DNA of 64,000 nucleotides from Methylophilus sp. (GTDB lineage Bacteria; Pseudomonadota; Gammaproteobacteria; Burkholderiales; Methylophilaceae). Location: NCBI GenBank assembly GCA_033762415.1, contig JANRLR010000003.1, forward strand, positions 39,009 through 103,008. Direction: 5' to 3'. The translations under genes and the position numbers were made by a program. Below, piece after piece: positions 30,145 through 40,557 of this stretch (positions within the stretch are counted from its first letter, which is position 1; every line of letters starts with the position of its first letter). The notes under the pieces were generated by a model, which saw nothing but the letters and a program-made list of their open reading frames with translations, did not search any database and had not been told where the DNA came from.

Positions 30145-31548
30145 TTAGAAATCAAACTGAGTACGCATCGTGATTGCTTTTTCACCATCCTCAACTTTGC
30201 CACCTAAAGTGACTGGTGTATCAAAATCAGTATCAACGTAATTGATCATTACACGCATATTTGGATTTACTATCCATTTCAAACCTAAGGTCCAAGCGTC
30301 AGCTTCATTCGTTCCTGTTAACACACCTGTACCAACAGCATTGGTAGTTTTAAAGTCTGATGCATCGAATTTACTATAACGAACACCCACTTCCCAAGCA
30401 CCCATACCTTTATCTTGCGGATCAAAATTCGTTGTTGGCTTAATACGGTCAAACTTACCACCCTTGTAAGCACTTGCATAAGTCTCACCAGTAATTAACC
30501 ATAGTGCTTCAGCATAATAAGCATCTAATTCACGGTCATATGAAACATTACCACTAGAGGTACCTTCAAAGCTAGCTTGCGCCCACTCAGCTTGTACTTT
30601 AAATGGACCATAAGCAACTGCACCTTCTAAACCTGTACGCGTACGTTCCATATCAGCACCTGTAAATGCTGCTGTACTAAAGAATTGTACGCCACGACCT
30701 TCTGTACGTTGTGAAGAAAGTGCTGCAACAGGCAAATCACCTTGTGTATAACTTGCGCCCAAGTGAATCACCATATCTTTATTGCCCATCATTTCTGCAA
30801 TGTTAGCATCAGCATGCACTATCACATCTTTACCATCTTCACGGTTATCTGTTTCATTGGTGTTTTTACCTGCGCCATTTGAGAATGCTAACGCATAGTT
30901 AACACCAGTAAATGGTGTACCGTGTACCATAATACCGCGCTCTTTACCTGGTACTAAGCTACCATTGTTAACAAATGAACGCTCTTGAAAATCAACAAAA
31001 CGTGAACTGGTGCGCTCTTCTAAGCTAAATGGCATTTTGAACTGACCAAATTGAAAATTCGCTTGTTGCCACCACTTAATATTCATGTAAGCAACATCAA
31101 GATGAGATGTATTAGACTGTCCAGCAAAGTCCGCTGTCACTTCAAAGTCATAATACTTTAAGAAAGTACCTTTAGCACCTAAGTAAGCGCGACGGATATC
31201 AAATGTATCCGCGTTATTGGCTTGTGCTGAAGTTGTGTTTTCGCTGGTATCAAAGTTGCGATAATCTAATTGGATACGACCATTAATAGAAAACTTATTT
31301 GCCCCATCGCCAGACTCTATACTAAAGCCATCTTTAAACTTTGTAGAGACACTCGCCTTTTTCTTATCTCGATCTTCTGTTTCCTTACCTTTCATTAATG
31401 CAAGGCCTTCCTCTTCAGTAAGTACGCCCTTGTTAATTAAAGCTTGAACCAAGTCAAATGTTGAGTCTGCCATGGCAGTTGCGCCAAAGCCCATTAAGAA
31501 TGTACCTGCAAGCGTTGCAGCTACAATATTGCGTAATTTAAAGTTCAT
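30145..31548 (-). CDS. Phosphate-selective porin, OprO/OprP family
   Basis: Signal peptide, LINKGVLT N-terminal segment, RRAYL, FGQFKMPFSLEE, C-terminal Phe; Pho boxes upstream. Confidence 0.88.
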   Translation of the reverse strand: MNFKLRNIVAATLAGTFLMGFGATAMADSTFDLVQALINKGVLTEEEGLALMKGKETEDRDKKKASVSTKFKDGFSIESGDGANKFSINGRIQLDYRNFDTSENTTSAQANNADTFDIRRAYLGAKGTFLKYYDFEVTADFAGQSNTSHLDVAYMNIKWWQQANFQFGQFKMPFSLEERTSSRFVDFQERSFVNNGSLVPGKERGIMVHGTPFTGVNYALAFSNGAGKNTNETDNREDGKDVIVHADANIAEMMGNKDMVIHLGASYTQGDLPVAALSSQRTEGRGVQFFSTAAFTGADMERTRTGLEGAVAYGPFKVQAEWAQASFEGTSSGNVSYDRELDAYYAEALWLITGETYASAYKGGKFDRIKPTTNFDPQDKGMGAWEVGVRYSKFDASDFKTTNAVGTGVLTGTNEADAWTLGLKWIVNPNMRVMINYVDTDFDTPVTLGGKVEDGEKAITMRTQFDF

Positions 31549-31598
31549 TCAGAAACTCCCCAAGTTAAAATAATCTGCTCTGTTTTTCAACAGTGAGA

Positions 31599-31631
31599 TT
31601 CTGAGACAAAATTATGACAGTTTGATGACAA
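31599..31631 (-). promoter_or_regulatory. Pho box array upstream of the porin
   Basis: Minus strand TTGTCATCAAA-CTGTCATAATT-TTGTCTC at 11-bp period; CAGAAT 10 bp after the second half-site. Confidence 0.85.
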
Positions 31632-31760
31632 CGGACTATTTTTTATGTCAGCTGTTGCACGAATACAACAACTAAAAACCTGTCTATAGAAAAATAAACA
31701 GGTGTATAAGCAATTGATAAGACTCAATCTTTTCAAAAAGATTACATCGGACTAGCGCCC

Positions 31761-33278
31761 TTAATTTTCCGCGCGCATGTGCGGGAACAAGATGACATCA
31801 CGAATGCTCGGGCTATCCGTAATCAGCATCACCAGACGATCAATACCGATACCACAACCGCCTGTGGGCGGCATGCCGTATTCCAAGGCGCGAATAAAAT
31901 CTGCATCGTAATACATGGCTTCATGATCACCCGCTTCTTTCGCTTTCATTTGTGCATGAAAGCGTGCCGCCTGATCTTCTGCATCGTTTAACTCACTAAA
32001 GCCGTTCGCCATTTCACGTCCTGTAATAAATAGCTCAAAACGTTCAGTGATTTCAGGATTTTTATCAGAAGCACGTGCTAACGGAGAAACTTCTACTGGA
32101 TAATCAATAATATAGGTTGGCTGCCACAGTTGGCTTTCTGCGGTTTCTTCAAATAGCGCAAGTTGTAATGCACCCAAACCTGCATGATCGAAGGCTTTGA
32201 CACCAAATTTAAGAAGCTCTTTCCTAATAAATTCTGCATCGCTTAATTGTGCAAAGGTATAGTGTGGTGCATATTTTTGTATGGCGCCCACGATTGTCAA
32301 ACGCTCAAAAGGTTGGCTCAAATCGACTTCTTTACCATCGTAACTCAAGACTGCTGTACCACGCGCAGCAATGGCGGCTGCACGTATACACTGCTCCGTA
32401 AAATCCATGAGCCATTGGTAATCGGTATAGGCTGCATAAAATTCCATCATGGTAAATTCTGGATTGTGACGAACACTTAACCCTTCGTTCCTAAAATTGC
32501 GATTGATTTCAAACACGCGTTCAAAACCACCTACTACTAATCTTTTTAGATAGAGCTCTGGCGCAATGCGCATGAACATCTGCATATCCAACGCATTATG
32601 ATGTGTAATAAAGGGTTTAGCCGATGCGCCGCCTGGAATGGGATGCAACATTGGAGTTTCTACTTCCAAAAATTCATTTTGAATCATGAAGTTACGAATG
32701 GCAGTGACGACTTTGCTGCGTGCTACAAAGGTTGCACGCGCCTCTTCACTGGTAATCAAATCAACATAGCGCTGACGATACTTAATTTCCTGATCTTGCA
32801 AACCGTGAAATTTTTCTGGCAATGGGCGTAAAGATTTTGTCAGCAATTTAATTTCACTCACGTGAATTGAAAGCTCGCCTGTTTTGGTTTTAAACAAGCG
32901 TCCTGACGCGCCAATAATGTCACCTAAATCCCAGTGCTTAAAGTGCTCATACAACGCTTCGCCTATTTCATCACGTGCTATATAAAGTTGAATACGGTCA
33001 GTCGCATCTTGAATGGTCGCAAAACTTGCCTTACCCATCACACGTTTGAGCATCATACGACCAGCGACAGTCACAGGAATTGCTTGTGGATCAAGAGTTT
33101 CTTTGTCTAACTCAGCATACTGCTGATGCAAGTTAACCGCTTTATGCTGCGGTTTAAAATCGTTGGGAAAGGCAACACCGTTTGTTGCCTCGCGAATGAC
33201 TTTAAGCTTTTCGCGACGCTCAGCAATCACATGATTTTCGTCTACTAATGGGGTTTGTTCTGTTGTATGTTCATTCAT
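31761..33278 (-). CDS. lysS: Lysine--tRNA ligase (class II)
   Basis: [21 protein letters not shown]; start taken at MNEH (33278). Confidence 0.97.
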   Translation of the reverse strand: MNEHTTEQTPLVDENHVIAERREKLKVIREATNGVAFPNDFKPQHKAVNLHQQYAELDKETLDPQAIPVTVAGRMMLKRVMGKASFATIQDATDRIQLYIARDEIGEALYEHFKHWDLGDIIGASGRLFKTKTGELSIHVSEIKLLTKSLRPLPEKFHGLQDQEIKYRQRYVDLITSEEARATFVARSKVVTAIRNFMIQNEFLEVETPMLHPIPGGASAKPFITHHNALDMQMFMRIAPELYLKRLVVGGFERVFEINRNFRNEGLSVRHNPEFTMMEFYAAYTDYQWLMDFTEQCIRAAAIAARGTAVLSYDGKEVDLSQPFERLTIVGAIQKYAPHYTFAQLSDAEFIRKELLKFGVKAFDHAGLGALQLALFEETAESQLWQPTYIIDYPVEVSPLARASDKNPEITERFELFITGREMANGFSELNDAEDQAARFHAQMKAKEAGDHEAMYYDADFIRALEYGMPPTGGCGIGIDRLVMLITDSPSIRDVILFPHMRAEN

Positions 33279-33396
33279 ATTGAATTGCTCGCATCTTAAT
33301 AAGGTGATTTCGCCACTTAACTTAGTTTGCTTGGCTTGTCTTTTACAAAAAAGCGCCATTTTAGCATTAAAAACAATGTGTTGACGGTACAGTTAA

Positions 33397-34224
33397 CTAA
33401 ATAGACTGCGACGAAGCGTGAATATCTTTGGCTAACTGGATATTGTGCTGTTGCAATAAGGTCAAAAAATGTGAGCTTGATAACGCTTGATACTCTATCT
33501 CTCTTGCCTGATAAATGGCATCCTCTTGACGAATACCAAGACTCTTAAGGCTGGGGTGACACATGAGGACAGAAGACTGCGCATATGTCTGGTGGTGCAT
33601 TTGTGCAAACCATTGATTCAACTTATGTTGATACTGATCTAGGTTTCCCTTGAACCCATACACACCAAGCAAAGTTTGACTATGCTGAATTTGCTTACGT
33701 TCTGCCAATGCAGCTATGGCATGGCTTCCTAACTGGCCGATCACAACTGCCTTGATGCCATCTTGCATAGGCGGCTTAGCAATGCGAATCCAAGGTTTTT
33801 TTTGTGGATAGCGCTGACACAGTATTTCAACCAATGCATCTCTAATTTGTGGCAGTTGATGTACGTGCTGATGCCCGTCAATATAATCTGGCGGCATATT
33901 TAATGCATGTTCAAAAGCATCTAGCTGAGAATGAATAGCCGCCTTGATTTTTTGTGTACTGAGTAATCTCAAATAGGTACACATTATCAGCTTGGGCAAG
34001 CTACGCTTTGGTTGCGCATATTGTGTGAAATCCAAATGCAAGCCGATGGCTGCTTTATCTCGTATTGCTGGTGTAATTCGACCTGACGCTTGTAACCAAC
34101 GCGGACTCAGTGTTAAACAAGAGGTGGCGGTTAATCTATTTTTTTCGATCAACGCTATAATCGCGCTATCGATTTCCTCGCTCTGAGCAAAATCATCAGC
34201 GCATACAATTAACTGGCGCATCAT
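33397..34224 (-). CDS. ChbG/HpnK (YdjC) family deacetylase
   Basis: CADDF, GLHLDF, DGHQHVHQLP, MCHP. Confidence 0.9.
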   Translation of the reverse strand: MMRQLIVCADDFAQSEEIDSAIIALIEKNRLTATSCLTLSPRWLQASGRITPAIRDKAAIGLHLDFTQYAQPKRSLPKLIMCTYLRLLSTQKIKAAIHSQLDAFEHALNMPPDYIDGHQHVHQLPQIRDALVEILCQRYPQKKPWIRIAKPPMQDGIKAVVIGQLGSHAIAALAERKQIQHSQTLLGVYGFKGNLDQYQHKLNQWFAQMHHQTYAQSSVLMCHPSLKSLGIRQEDAIYQAREIEYQALSSSHFLTLLQQHNIQLAKDIHASSQSI

Positions 34225-34640
34225 AAGGAGGGATGACCTGATTTAAACGCCCAATAGCGGCTCAACAGATAGGTAGAAACTGCCACAACCACCATGACGA
34301 TGCCTAATAACAGCCAAAATGGTAAGGGTGTATAACGCAGACCCAACACAACTAAACTTTGATTTGCCACGAAACCAGCCAAAGCCACACATAAAAACCT
34401 TGGTAGGGCTTGCCGATTTAAGGCATTTTGACTTGCGAAAGAAAATTTAGAATGTCCAATATAGCTGACAGGAAAAGCCAAAACAAAGCCAAGTACATTA
34501 CTCCATGTAGGCTGTACACTTACAAAACGCTCAAGCCCCACTGCTACTAAATAATGTACGCAAGCCGCTACTGCCCCAATAACGGTGAACCATGTTGCAG
34601 ATTTTTGATGATGGCTAAAAGATGAAGATGGCTGGGACAT
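34221..34640 (-). CDS. GtrA-family flippase-like membrane protein
   Basis: 139 aa with four TM segments and the N..GF...VSY.GH..FSF pattern. Confidence 0.85.
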   Translation of the reverse strand: MSQPSSSFSHHQKSATWFTVIGAVAACVHYLVAVGLERFVSVQPTWSNVLGFVLAFPVSYIGHSKFSFASQNALNRQALPRFLCVALAGFVANQSLVVLGLRYTPLPFWLLLGIVMVVVAVSTYLLSRYWAFKSGHPSL

Positions 34641-35692
34641 TATGCATCTTTGGCTAGTGTCACCGTTTGATCTAGCTTCATACCTTGAACTTTTACATCG
34701 AGAGCTTGCGTTATCACTGGTGGTTTTGGTGTCACCACTTCCGCCACGATATAAGGTGGGCGACCTTTCACTTCGTCATAAATCCGCGCAAGGTACTCAC
34801 CCAATATACCAATAAACAGCAACTGTACACCTGAAAAAAACATCATGCTCGCCACTACGGTAGGCCAGCCTGGTACAGACTCATGAAAAAATAATTTATC
34901 TATCACAACAGCAATGCCATATCCAAAAGCCAGAAGTGCAAGCAATACACCCACAGCACTTGCCAATCTCAAGGGCATCACAGAAAAGCTCGTGATACCA
35001 GTCCACGCCAGACCTAACAAACGTAAACGGGAAAAGGTGCTTTCCCCATGTGTGCGTGGTAATGGCGTATATGGAATGCCGATTGATGCATACCCGACCC
35101 AGGCATAAATGCCTTTCATAAAACGATTACGCTCTGGTAAAGCGCATAATGCATCCACGACTTTGCGATCCATTAACCTAAAGTCACCCGCATCTTTAGG
35201 AATGTTCACTTGACCACTCGCACTCATCATGCCATAGAATATTTTTGAGCCCCACTTTTTAAACTTTGACTCTACTTCTCTATCTTGGCGCACGGCATAT
35301 ACCATATCGTAGCCTTCGCGCCATTTTTCAAGCATGTCTTTTAACAATGTGGATGAGTGCTGACCATCAGCATCCATGCAGATCACGATGTCTCCTTTGG
35401 CATAACTTAAGCCTGCAGTAATCGCGTTTTCTTTACCAAAGTTACGTGAAAATCTAACCAGCGTAGTATTCCATTTCTCCGCTAAACCTTTTACAACCAA
35501 CGCAGTTTGGTCACGGCTGCCATCATCCACGACCAAAATATCCCAGACGGGACTTAGGCCTGACAAGGTTTGTGCAATATTCTCAACGGTATTTGCAATG
35601 GCAAGTGCCTCATTGTACGCTGGCACAATCACAGTAATGTGTGGTTGCAGATGATGGCGATGCTGTAAGTGATGTGTATTCATCATGCTCAA
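34640..35692 (-). CDS. GT2 polyprenol-phosphate glycosyltransferase (GtrB/ArnC-like)
   Basis: VPAYNE, VDDGSRD, SRNFGKE, MDADGQH, GDFRLMDR; two C-terminal TMs. Confidence 0.92.
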   Translation of the reverse strand: MSMMNTHHLQHRHHLQPHITVIVPAYNEALAIANTVENIAQTLSGLSPVWDILVVDDGSRDQTALVVKGLAEKWNTTLVRFSRNFGKENAITAGLSYAKGDIVICMDADGQHSSTLLKDMLEKWREGYDMVYAVRQDREVESKFKKWGSKIFYGMMSASGQVNIPKDAGDFRLMDRKVVDALCALPERNRFMKGIYAWVGYASIGIPYTPLPRTHGESTFSRLRLLGLAWTGITSFSVMPLRLASAVGVLLALLAFGYGIAVVIDKLFFHESVPGWPTVVASMMFFSGVQLLFIGILGEYLARIYDEVKGRPPYIVAEVVTPKPPVITQALDVKVQGMKLDQTVTLAKDA

Positions 35693-37284
35693 TTATTAGG
35701 TGCAGGTACAGGGATACGTGCTTTGCCTACTAACATTCTCCTATCTTTGACAACTGACAGCACCAGACCATGCCGCTTCACTTGCGTAATTACCGCACCT
35801 TGCAACACCTGATCACAATGCATATTGGTGCTGGACATATAAAAGTCTGCCGCTGTCCAATCTTTCGTGACTTGGAATCGGCTATCCAAATAGGCGCTTC
35901 CTTGGCTGTTTTCTGCACATACCGCCACCAGATAGGGCTTGTCCCGCTTGGGTAATGACATTGTATTCAGTGCCTTTGCAGCCTCACGCAAGCTACTGGA
36001 CCAGTAATCGCCTTCCCATTCATTTTCCAGCAACTTTCTTTTACCTGCAATCTCATTATAGTAAACATACTCATAAGGATGTAAAGCGCAAAGGTATGAG
36101 AATGTATACACACTTAATAGTACACAAGCAATCCACATGGTTGCTGTCCACTTGATAGACTGATTTAACGTAACTAGTGCAAAATGAATCCCTAGCGCCG
36201 ACAATACTGCTAAAGGTGGAATAATGAAAGTAAAGTGGCGTACGCCATTATACAAAGCAGGCTCTATTGCCAACACAAATAGAATAGGGAACATGACTGC
36301 AATCAAGACCGCTATCAAAGCAAGGTGTTGCGCATGTGAAAGCTGATTCCACCAGCCTTTTTTATCAACAACCGCCAGCACTATTAAACTTGCCAGCCCC
36401 AACAAAAACACCTCTGGCAATTTAACTAAAAGATAATCCAATAGATAAGTTCTTGGCACATCCCCGATGCTATAGACCCGATGATCATCTATCGTTTGCA
36501 TGTTAAAAGAAAAATGTGAAAACGCTTTGATCGCTTCAAATGGATGCTCTGGAGACATCACTCCCCATGGCCAGCATATGGCCATGATAACAAAAGCAAC
36601 CACTACAGCTGGAATCAGCGATCGAATAACTTCAAACAAATACTTAAACCTAGACTGATGCCCCCGCACCAACCAGCATGCAGCGCTGAGTGTTAATAGC
36701 AAGTAAATTACAGCAAACACACCACCGATACGTATACCAAGTGCGCATCCAATGGCAATCCCCAGTTTAATACTCACTGACTTAGGAATGCTGGGTAAAG
36801 TGCGCGTTGCGACGGCAGTGTAATAAAGCGCCCAAGCCATACAAGTAGCGAAAGGAATGTCCTTGGTATGGGTAAACATCGTGCCTGACCATGAGGCTGT
36901 GAGCGCCAAAAGTACTAATGCAAAAAAACCAGCACGTTGCCCACCGATAAGATGACTGATTTTGTAGGCTGCAATAAACCCAAAAAAACCAAAAATAGCT
37001 GTTAATAAATGACGTAAATCCCACACCCAAAGTGAAGTATGTTTTTCTAATCCTGCCGCAATCAGGTCAAAAAAACCGCCATAAAGGTACAAGTTAACAT
37101 AGTGAAACGCAGATTGGTCTTTAAAGCCAGAGAGGTACCATTTGAGCAATAGTTGACCATAGGTATGCTGCACCATTTCATCGTTACTAATGCCGTGCTG
37201 TTTAAATGTGAATAAAATAAAAACAATTAACAATAGTAATAGAGCGTAACTCGCGCGCTTGTAATTAACTGTTTGAATTTGCAT
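35689..37284 (-). CDS. Polytopic GT-C glycosyltransferase (ArnT/PMT-like)
   Basis: Early DE motif (ISNDE), many TM helices, KDIPFA, RHF..I.P; in an operon with GT2, GtrA and a deacetylase. Confidence 0.75.
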   Translation of the reverse strand: MQIQTVNYKRASYALLLLLIVFILFTFKQHGISNDEMVQHTYGQLLLKWYLSGFKDQSAFHYVNLYLYGGFFDLIAAGLEKHTSLWVWDLRHLLTAIFGFFGFIAAYKISHLIGGQRAGFFALVLLALTASWSGTMFTHTKDIPFATCMAWALYYTAVATRTLPSIPKSVSIKLGIAIGCALGIRIGGVFAVIYLLLTLSAACWLVRGHQSRFKYLFEVIRSLIPAVVVAFVIMAICWPWGVMSPEHPFEAIKAFSHFSFNMQTIDDHRVYSIGDVPRTYLLDYLLVKLPEVFLLGLASLIVLAVVDKKGWWNQLSHAQHLALIAVLIAVMFPILFVLAIEPALYNGVRHFTFIIPPLAVLSALGIHFALVTLNQSIKWTATMWIACVLLSVYTFSYLCALHPYEYVYYNEIAGKRKLLENEWEGDYWSSSLREAAKALNTMSLPKRDKPYLVAVCAENSQGSAYLDSRFQVTKDWTAADFYMSSTNMHCDQVLQGAVITQVKRHGLVLSVVKDRRMLVGKARIPVPAPNN

Positions 37285-37424
37285 AGTATTTTCTACTAAT
37301 TAAGGATGATGGTAGTTGGAAATATTTTGTTTTTGTAATAATAACTTGATAGTGGCAGCAGAGTATTCAAGCACTATGATCTAAATAGCCACTTGCTCGC
37401 CCTGAGAACTATTTTTAATTAAAT

Positions 37425-37457
37425 TCGGGTGAATGATACATGAATATTTAATGACGG
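37425..37457 (-). promoter_or_regulatory. Possible OmpR/PhoB-type half-site array
   Basis: Minus strand CCGTCATTAAA-TATTCATGTAT-CATTCAC at 11-bp period; no clean -10 at the canonical distance. Confidence 0.35.
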
Positions 37458-37754
37458 CAACTATCCCAAAATAAATAGTCTGGCATGCAAATAAATCGCT
37501 TGATTACCGCATCAATTTAACAACAAAAACACGCAACTGAAACCCATGCTTTATCGTGATTAACAATCATCCTACATTATGAATAAATCATTTTTTGTCA
37601 CTAGCGCACCAAATCAATGCAAGTTACTTATCTTGGGGCATATGCCCTGAATATTTAGACAGTTAGTCAATATAACCTATTGATAATAAACATTATTCAT
37701 ACTGGTGCATTTGTTGCTAGTTAAGACTATAAACTACTTAACTCTGGTGTAAAT

Positions 37755-40532
37755 ATGACCGCAACACACTCCAAACAACAATACGAAATCAAAGAAAATA
37801 TTCGCTATCTTGGGCGACTACTTGGTGAAGCTATCGAACAAAATGAAGGGGAAGAAACATTACAGCTCATTGAAAAGATACGCAAATCAGCGGTAAAGTT
37901 TCATAAAACCAATGATCAGGAAGCTTCTTTATCACTCGAGAAACTCTTGAAAAATCTAACGCCAGATCAAAATACTGCGGTCATACGCGCTTTCAGCTAC
38001 TTTAAGCACCTCGTGAATATTGCTGAAGACCTGTATATGCAACAGCAAACGCGCCTGAACGAAGACAGCTTAAACGCAGGTATGCTAGCCTACTCTATAG
38101 ATGAAATTAAAGAAAAAAATCTTTCATTTCAAGAGGTTGATCACTTTTTTAAAGATGCGCTGATTTCACCAGTGTTGACCGCACACCCCACAGAAGTACA
38201 GCGAAAAAGTGTGTTGGAAATAGAAGATCGAGTTGCGCATTTACTTGCTGAGCGTACAACCTTAATTTCTAAAAAGGAGTTGTCACGTAACCATTTGCTG
38301 TTGCAAGGCGCGATTTCTTCATTATGGCAAACCCGCATACTGCGTTTTTCTAAACTGACTGTTATCAATGAAATTGAAAATGCGCTAAGTTACTATGAAA
38401 CCACTTTTCTAGACACGATTCCCGAACTGCTACAAGATTTAGAACGTGACATTAATCATCTCTATCAAAAGGAAATTCAAGGTCACTATCAGTTGCCGAC
38501 CTTTCTACATATGGGCAGCTGGATTGGTGGGGACCGTGATGGCAACCCATTTGTCAATGCAGAGACGTTAGAACAGGCTGTGCATTTACAAGCCATCACC
38601 GCATTTAAATACTATGCTAAAGCACTCAACACTCTGCGCCGAGAACTCGCCGTATCTTCTCGACTCGTTAAAGTCAGCCCAGAGGTCCTCAAGCTCGCCA
38701 AACGTTCTCATGACCAATCTCCTCATCGTCTGGATGAGCCCTATCGACTCGCTTTAAATGGCATCTATGACAGACTGGCATTGACTGCCAACCAGCTATT
38801 GCCTAAGGCCATGGAAGCAGACATCCATCATGAAGTGACGCCATATCACAATGCAGAAGAACTGCTCGCAGAGATTAACACGCTGATCCAATCGTTAAAT
38901 GAGCATCATGGAGAAGCGCTGGTTTACCCAGGCTTAGGAAAACTCGCCAAAGCAGTAGAAACTTTTGGATTTCACCTAGCAACAATTGATATTCGACAAT
39001 CATCTGACATACATGAAACCGTGATTAAAGAGCTATTTCATAAAGCAGGATACGATTTTAACTATGATGAACTAACTGAAGAAGAAAAAATAAAAACGCT
39101 GCTAGATGAGCTCAAACAGCCTAGACTTCTGTTTTCGCCATTCCAGCAATACTCGGAACTCGTGGTTAAAGAAATTGGCGTGCTCAATCAAGCCAGAGCC
39201 ATGCGTCAGTCGTTTGGTCAACGCACTGTGCGCCAATATATTATTTCTCACACCGAGACGCTTTCTGACTTACTGGAAGTTGCCTTGCTGCAAAAAGAAA
39301 CAGGCATGATCAAAGGGATTTGGGGTTCGCAAAAAATTCAAGTTGATCTCAATATTGTGCCACTGTTTGAAACCATCGCCGACTTGCGCAACGCGCCCAT
39401 GATTATGGGCAAATGGCTCAGTTTACTTGGCATACGGCATGTGTTGCGTAATCAGGGAAATGAGCAAGAAATCATGTTAGGCTACTCTGACAGTAACAAA
39501 GATGGTGGATTCTTGACCTCAAACTGGGAGCTCTATAAAGCTGAAATTACCTTGGTAGAGTTGTTCACGCAAGCAAAAATCAAACTGCGTTTATTCCACG
39601 GACGTGGCGGTACAGTGGGACGTGGTGGCGGTCCTACCTATCAGGCGATCATGGCACAACCGCAAGGCACGGTTGACGGCCAAATCAGACTGACCGAGCA
39701 GGGTGAGATTATTGCTAACAAATACGCCAACCCTAAAGTTGGCAGACAACATTTAGAAACGCTTATCGCTGCAACGATTGATGCTAGCTTGTTTCCACAA
39801 GACAGCTTGCAGCACCAAAAACGTCGCGTATATGAAACAGTGATGGAAGAACTTTCCACCACTGCCATGACCAGCTACCGCAACCTTGTGTACGAAACCC
39901 CTGGCTTTACTGATTATTTTTTCAGCGCCACACCGATTGCTGAAATTGCTGAATTGAACATTGGCAGCCGTCCCTCTGCAAGAAAATCTACCCGTAGAAT
40001 TGAAGATTTACGCGCTATTCCATGGGGATTTTCATGGGCGCAATGTCGACTACTCCTGCCAGGGTGGTTTGGCCTAGGTAGCGCAATTCACCAATATATT
40101 CATGCAGATGAAAGCATGAGTGAAGCGCGCATTCAAACCCTAAAAGAAATGCTGGCTGGCTGGCCGTTGTTCAAGACACTGATTGCCAATGTCGATATGG
40201 TGCTCGCCAAAACTGATTTGATTGTTGCCAGACATTACGCACACTTGGTGCAAGATAAGGAGTTAAGAGAGTCCATCTTCAGTAAAATCACGCATGAACA
40301 TATGCTGACAACGCAAGCACTAAACTTATTGCAAGAAACTACAGTAAGACTCAGTAACAACTCTATGCTGGCTGATTCCATCAGAAACCGTTTACCTTAT
40401 CTAGATCCATTAAATCATCTTCAAGTAGAAATGATTCAACGCTATCGAAATGGCGAAGAGGATGAAAAGTTAAAACTCTCAATCCAGCGTACAATCAATG
40501 GTATTGCAGCTGGATTAAGAAATACAGGGTGA
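37755..40532 (+). CDS. ppc: Phosphoenolpyruvate carboxylase
   Basis: LTAHPTE, GGDRDGNP, MLGYSDSNKDGG, FHGRGGTVGRGGG, LRAIPW. Confidence 0.97.
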   Translation: MTATHSKQQYEIKENIRYLGRLLGEAIEQNEGEETLQLIEKIRKSAVKFHKTNDQEASLSLEKLLKNLTPDQNTAVIRAFSYFKHLVNIAEDLYMQQQTRLNEDSLNAGMLAYSIDEIKEKNLSFQEVDHFFKDALISPVLTAHPTEVQRKSVLEIEDRVAHLLAERTTLISKKELSRNHLLLQGAISSLWQTRILRFSKLTVINEIENALSYYETTFLDTIPELLQDLERDINHLYQKEIQGHYQLPTFLHMGSWIGGDRDGNPFVNAETLEQAVHLQAITAFKYYAKALNTLRRELAVSSRLVKVSPEVLKLAKRSHDQSPHRLDEPYRLALNGIYDRLALTANQLLPKAMEADIHHEVTPYHNAEELLAEINTLIQSLNEHHGEALVYPGLGKLAKAVETFGFHLATIDIRQSSDIHETVIKELFHKAGYDFNYDELTEEEKIKTLLDELKQPRLLFSPFQQYSELVVKEIGVLNQARAMRQSFGQRTVRQYIISHTETLSDLLEVALLQKETGMIKGIWGSQKIQVDLNIVPLFETIADLRNAPMIMGKWLSLLGIRHVLRNQGNEQEIMLGYSDSNKDGGFLTSNWELYKAEITLVELFTQAKIKLRLFHGRGGTVGRGGGPTYQAIMAQPQGTVDGQIRLTEQGEIIANKYANPKVGRQHLETLIAATIDASLFPQDSLQHQKRRVYETVMEELSTTAMTSYRNLVYETPGFTDYFFSATPIAEIAELNIGSRPSARKSTRRIEDLRAIPWGFSWAQCRLLLPGWFGLGSAIHQYIHADESMSEARIQTLKEMLAGWPLFKTLIANVDMVLAKTDLIVARHYAHLVQDKELRESIFSKITHEHMLTTQALNLLQETTVRLSNNSMLADSIRNRLPYLDPLNHLQVEMIQRYRNGEEDEKLKLSIQRTINGIAAGLRNTG

Positions 40533-40557
40533 TGCACATCCAAAAAATCTGGATAAA

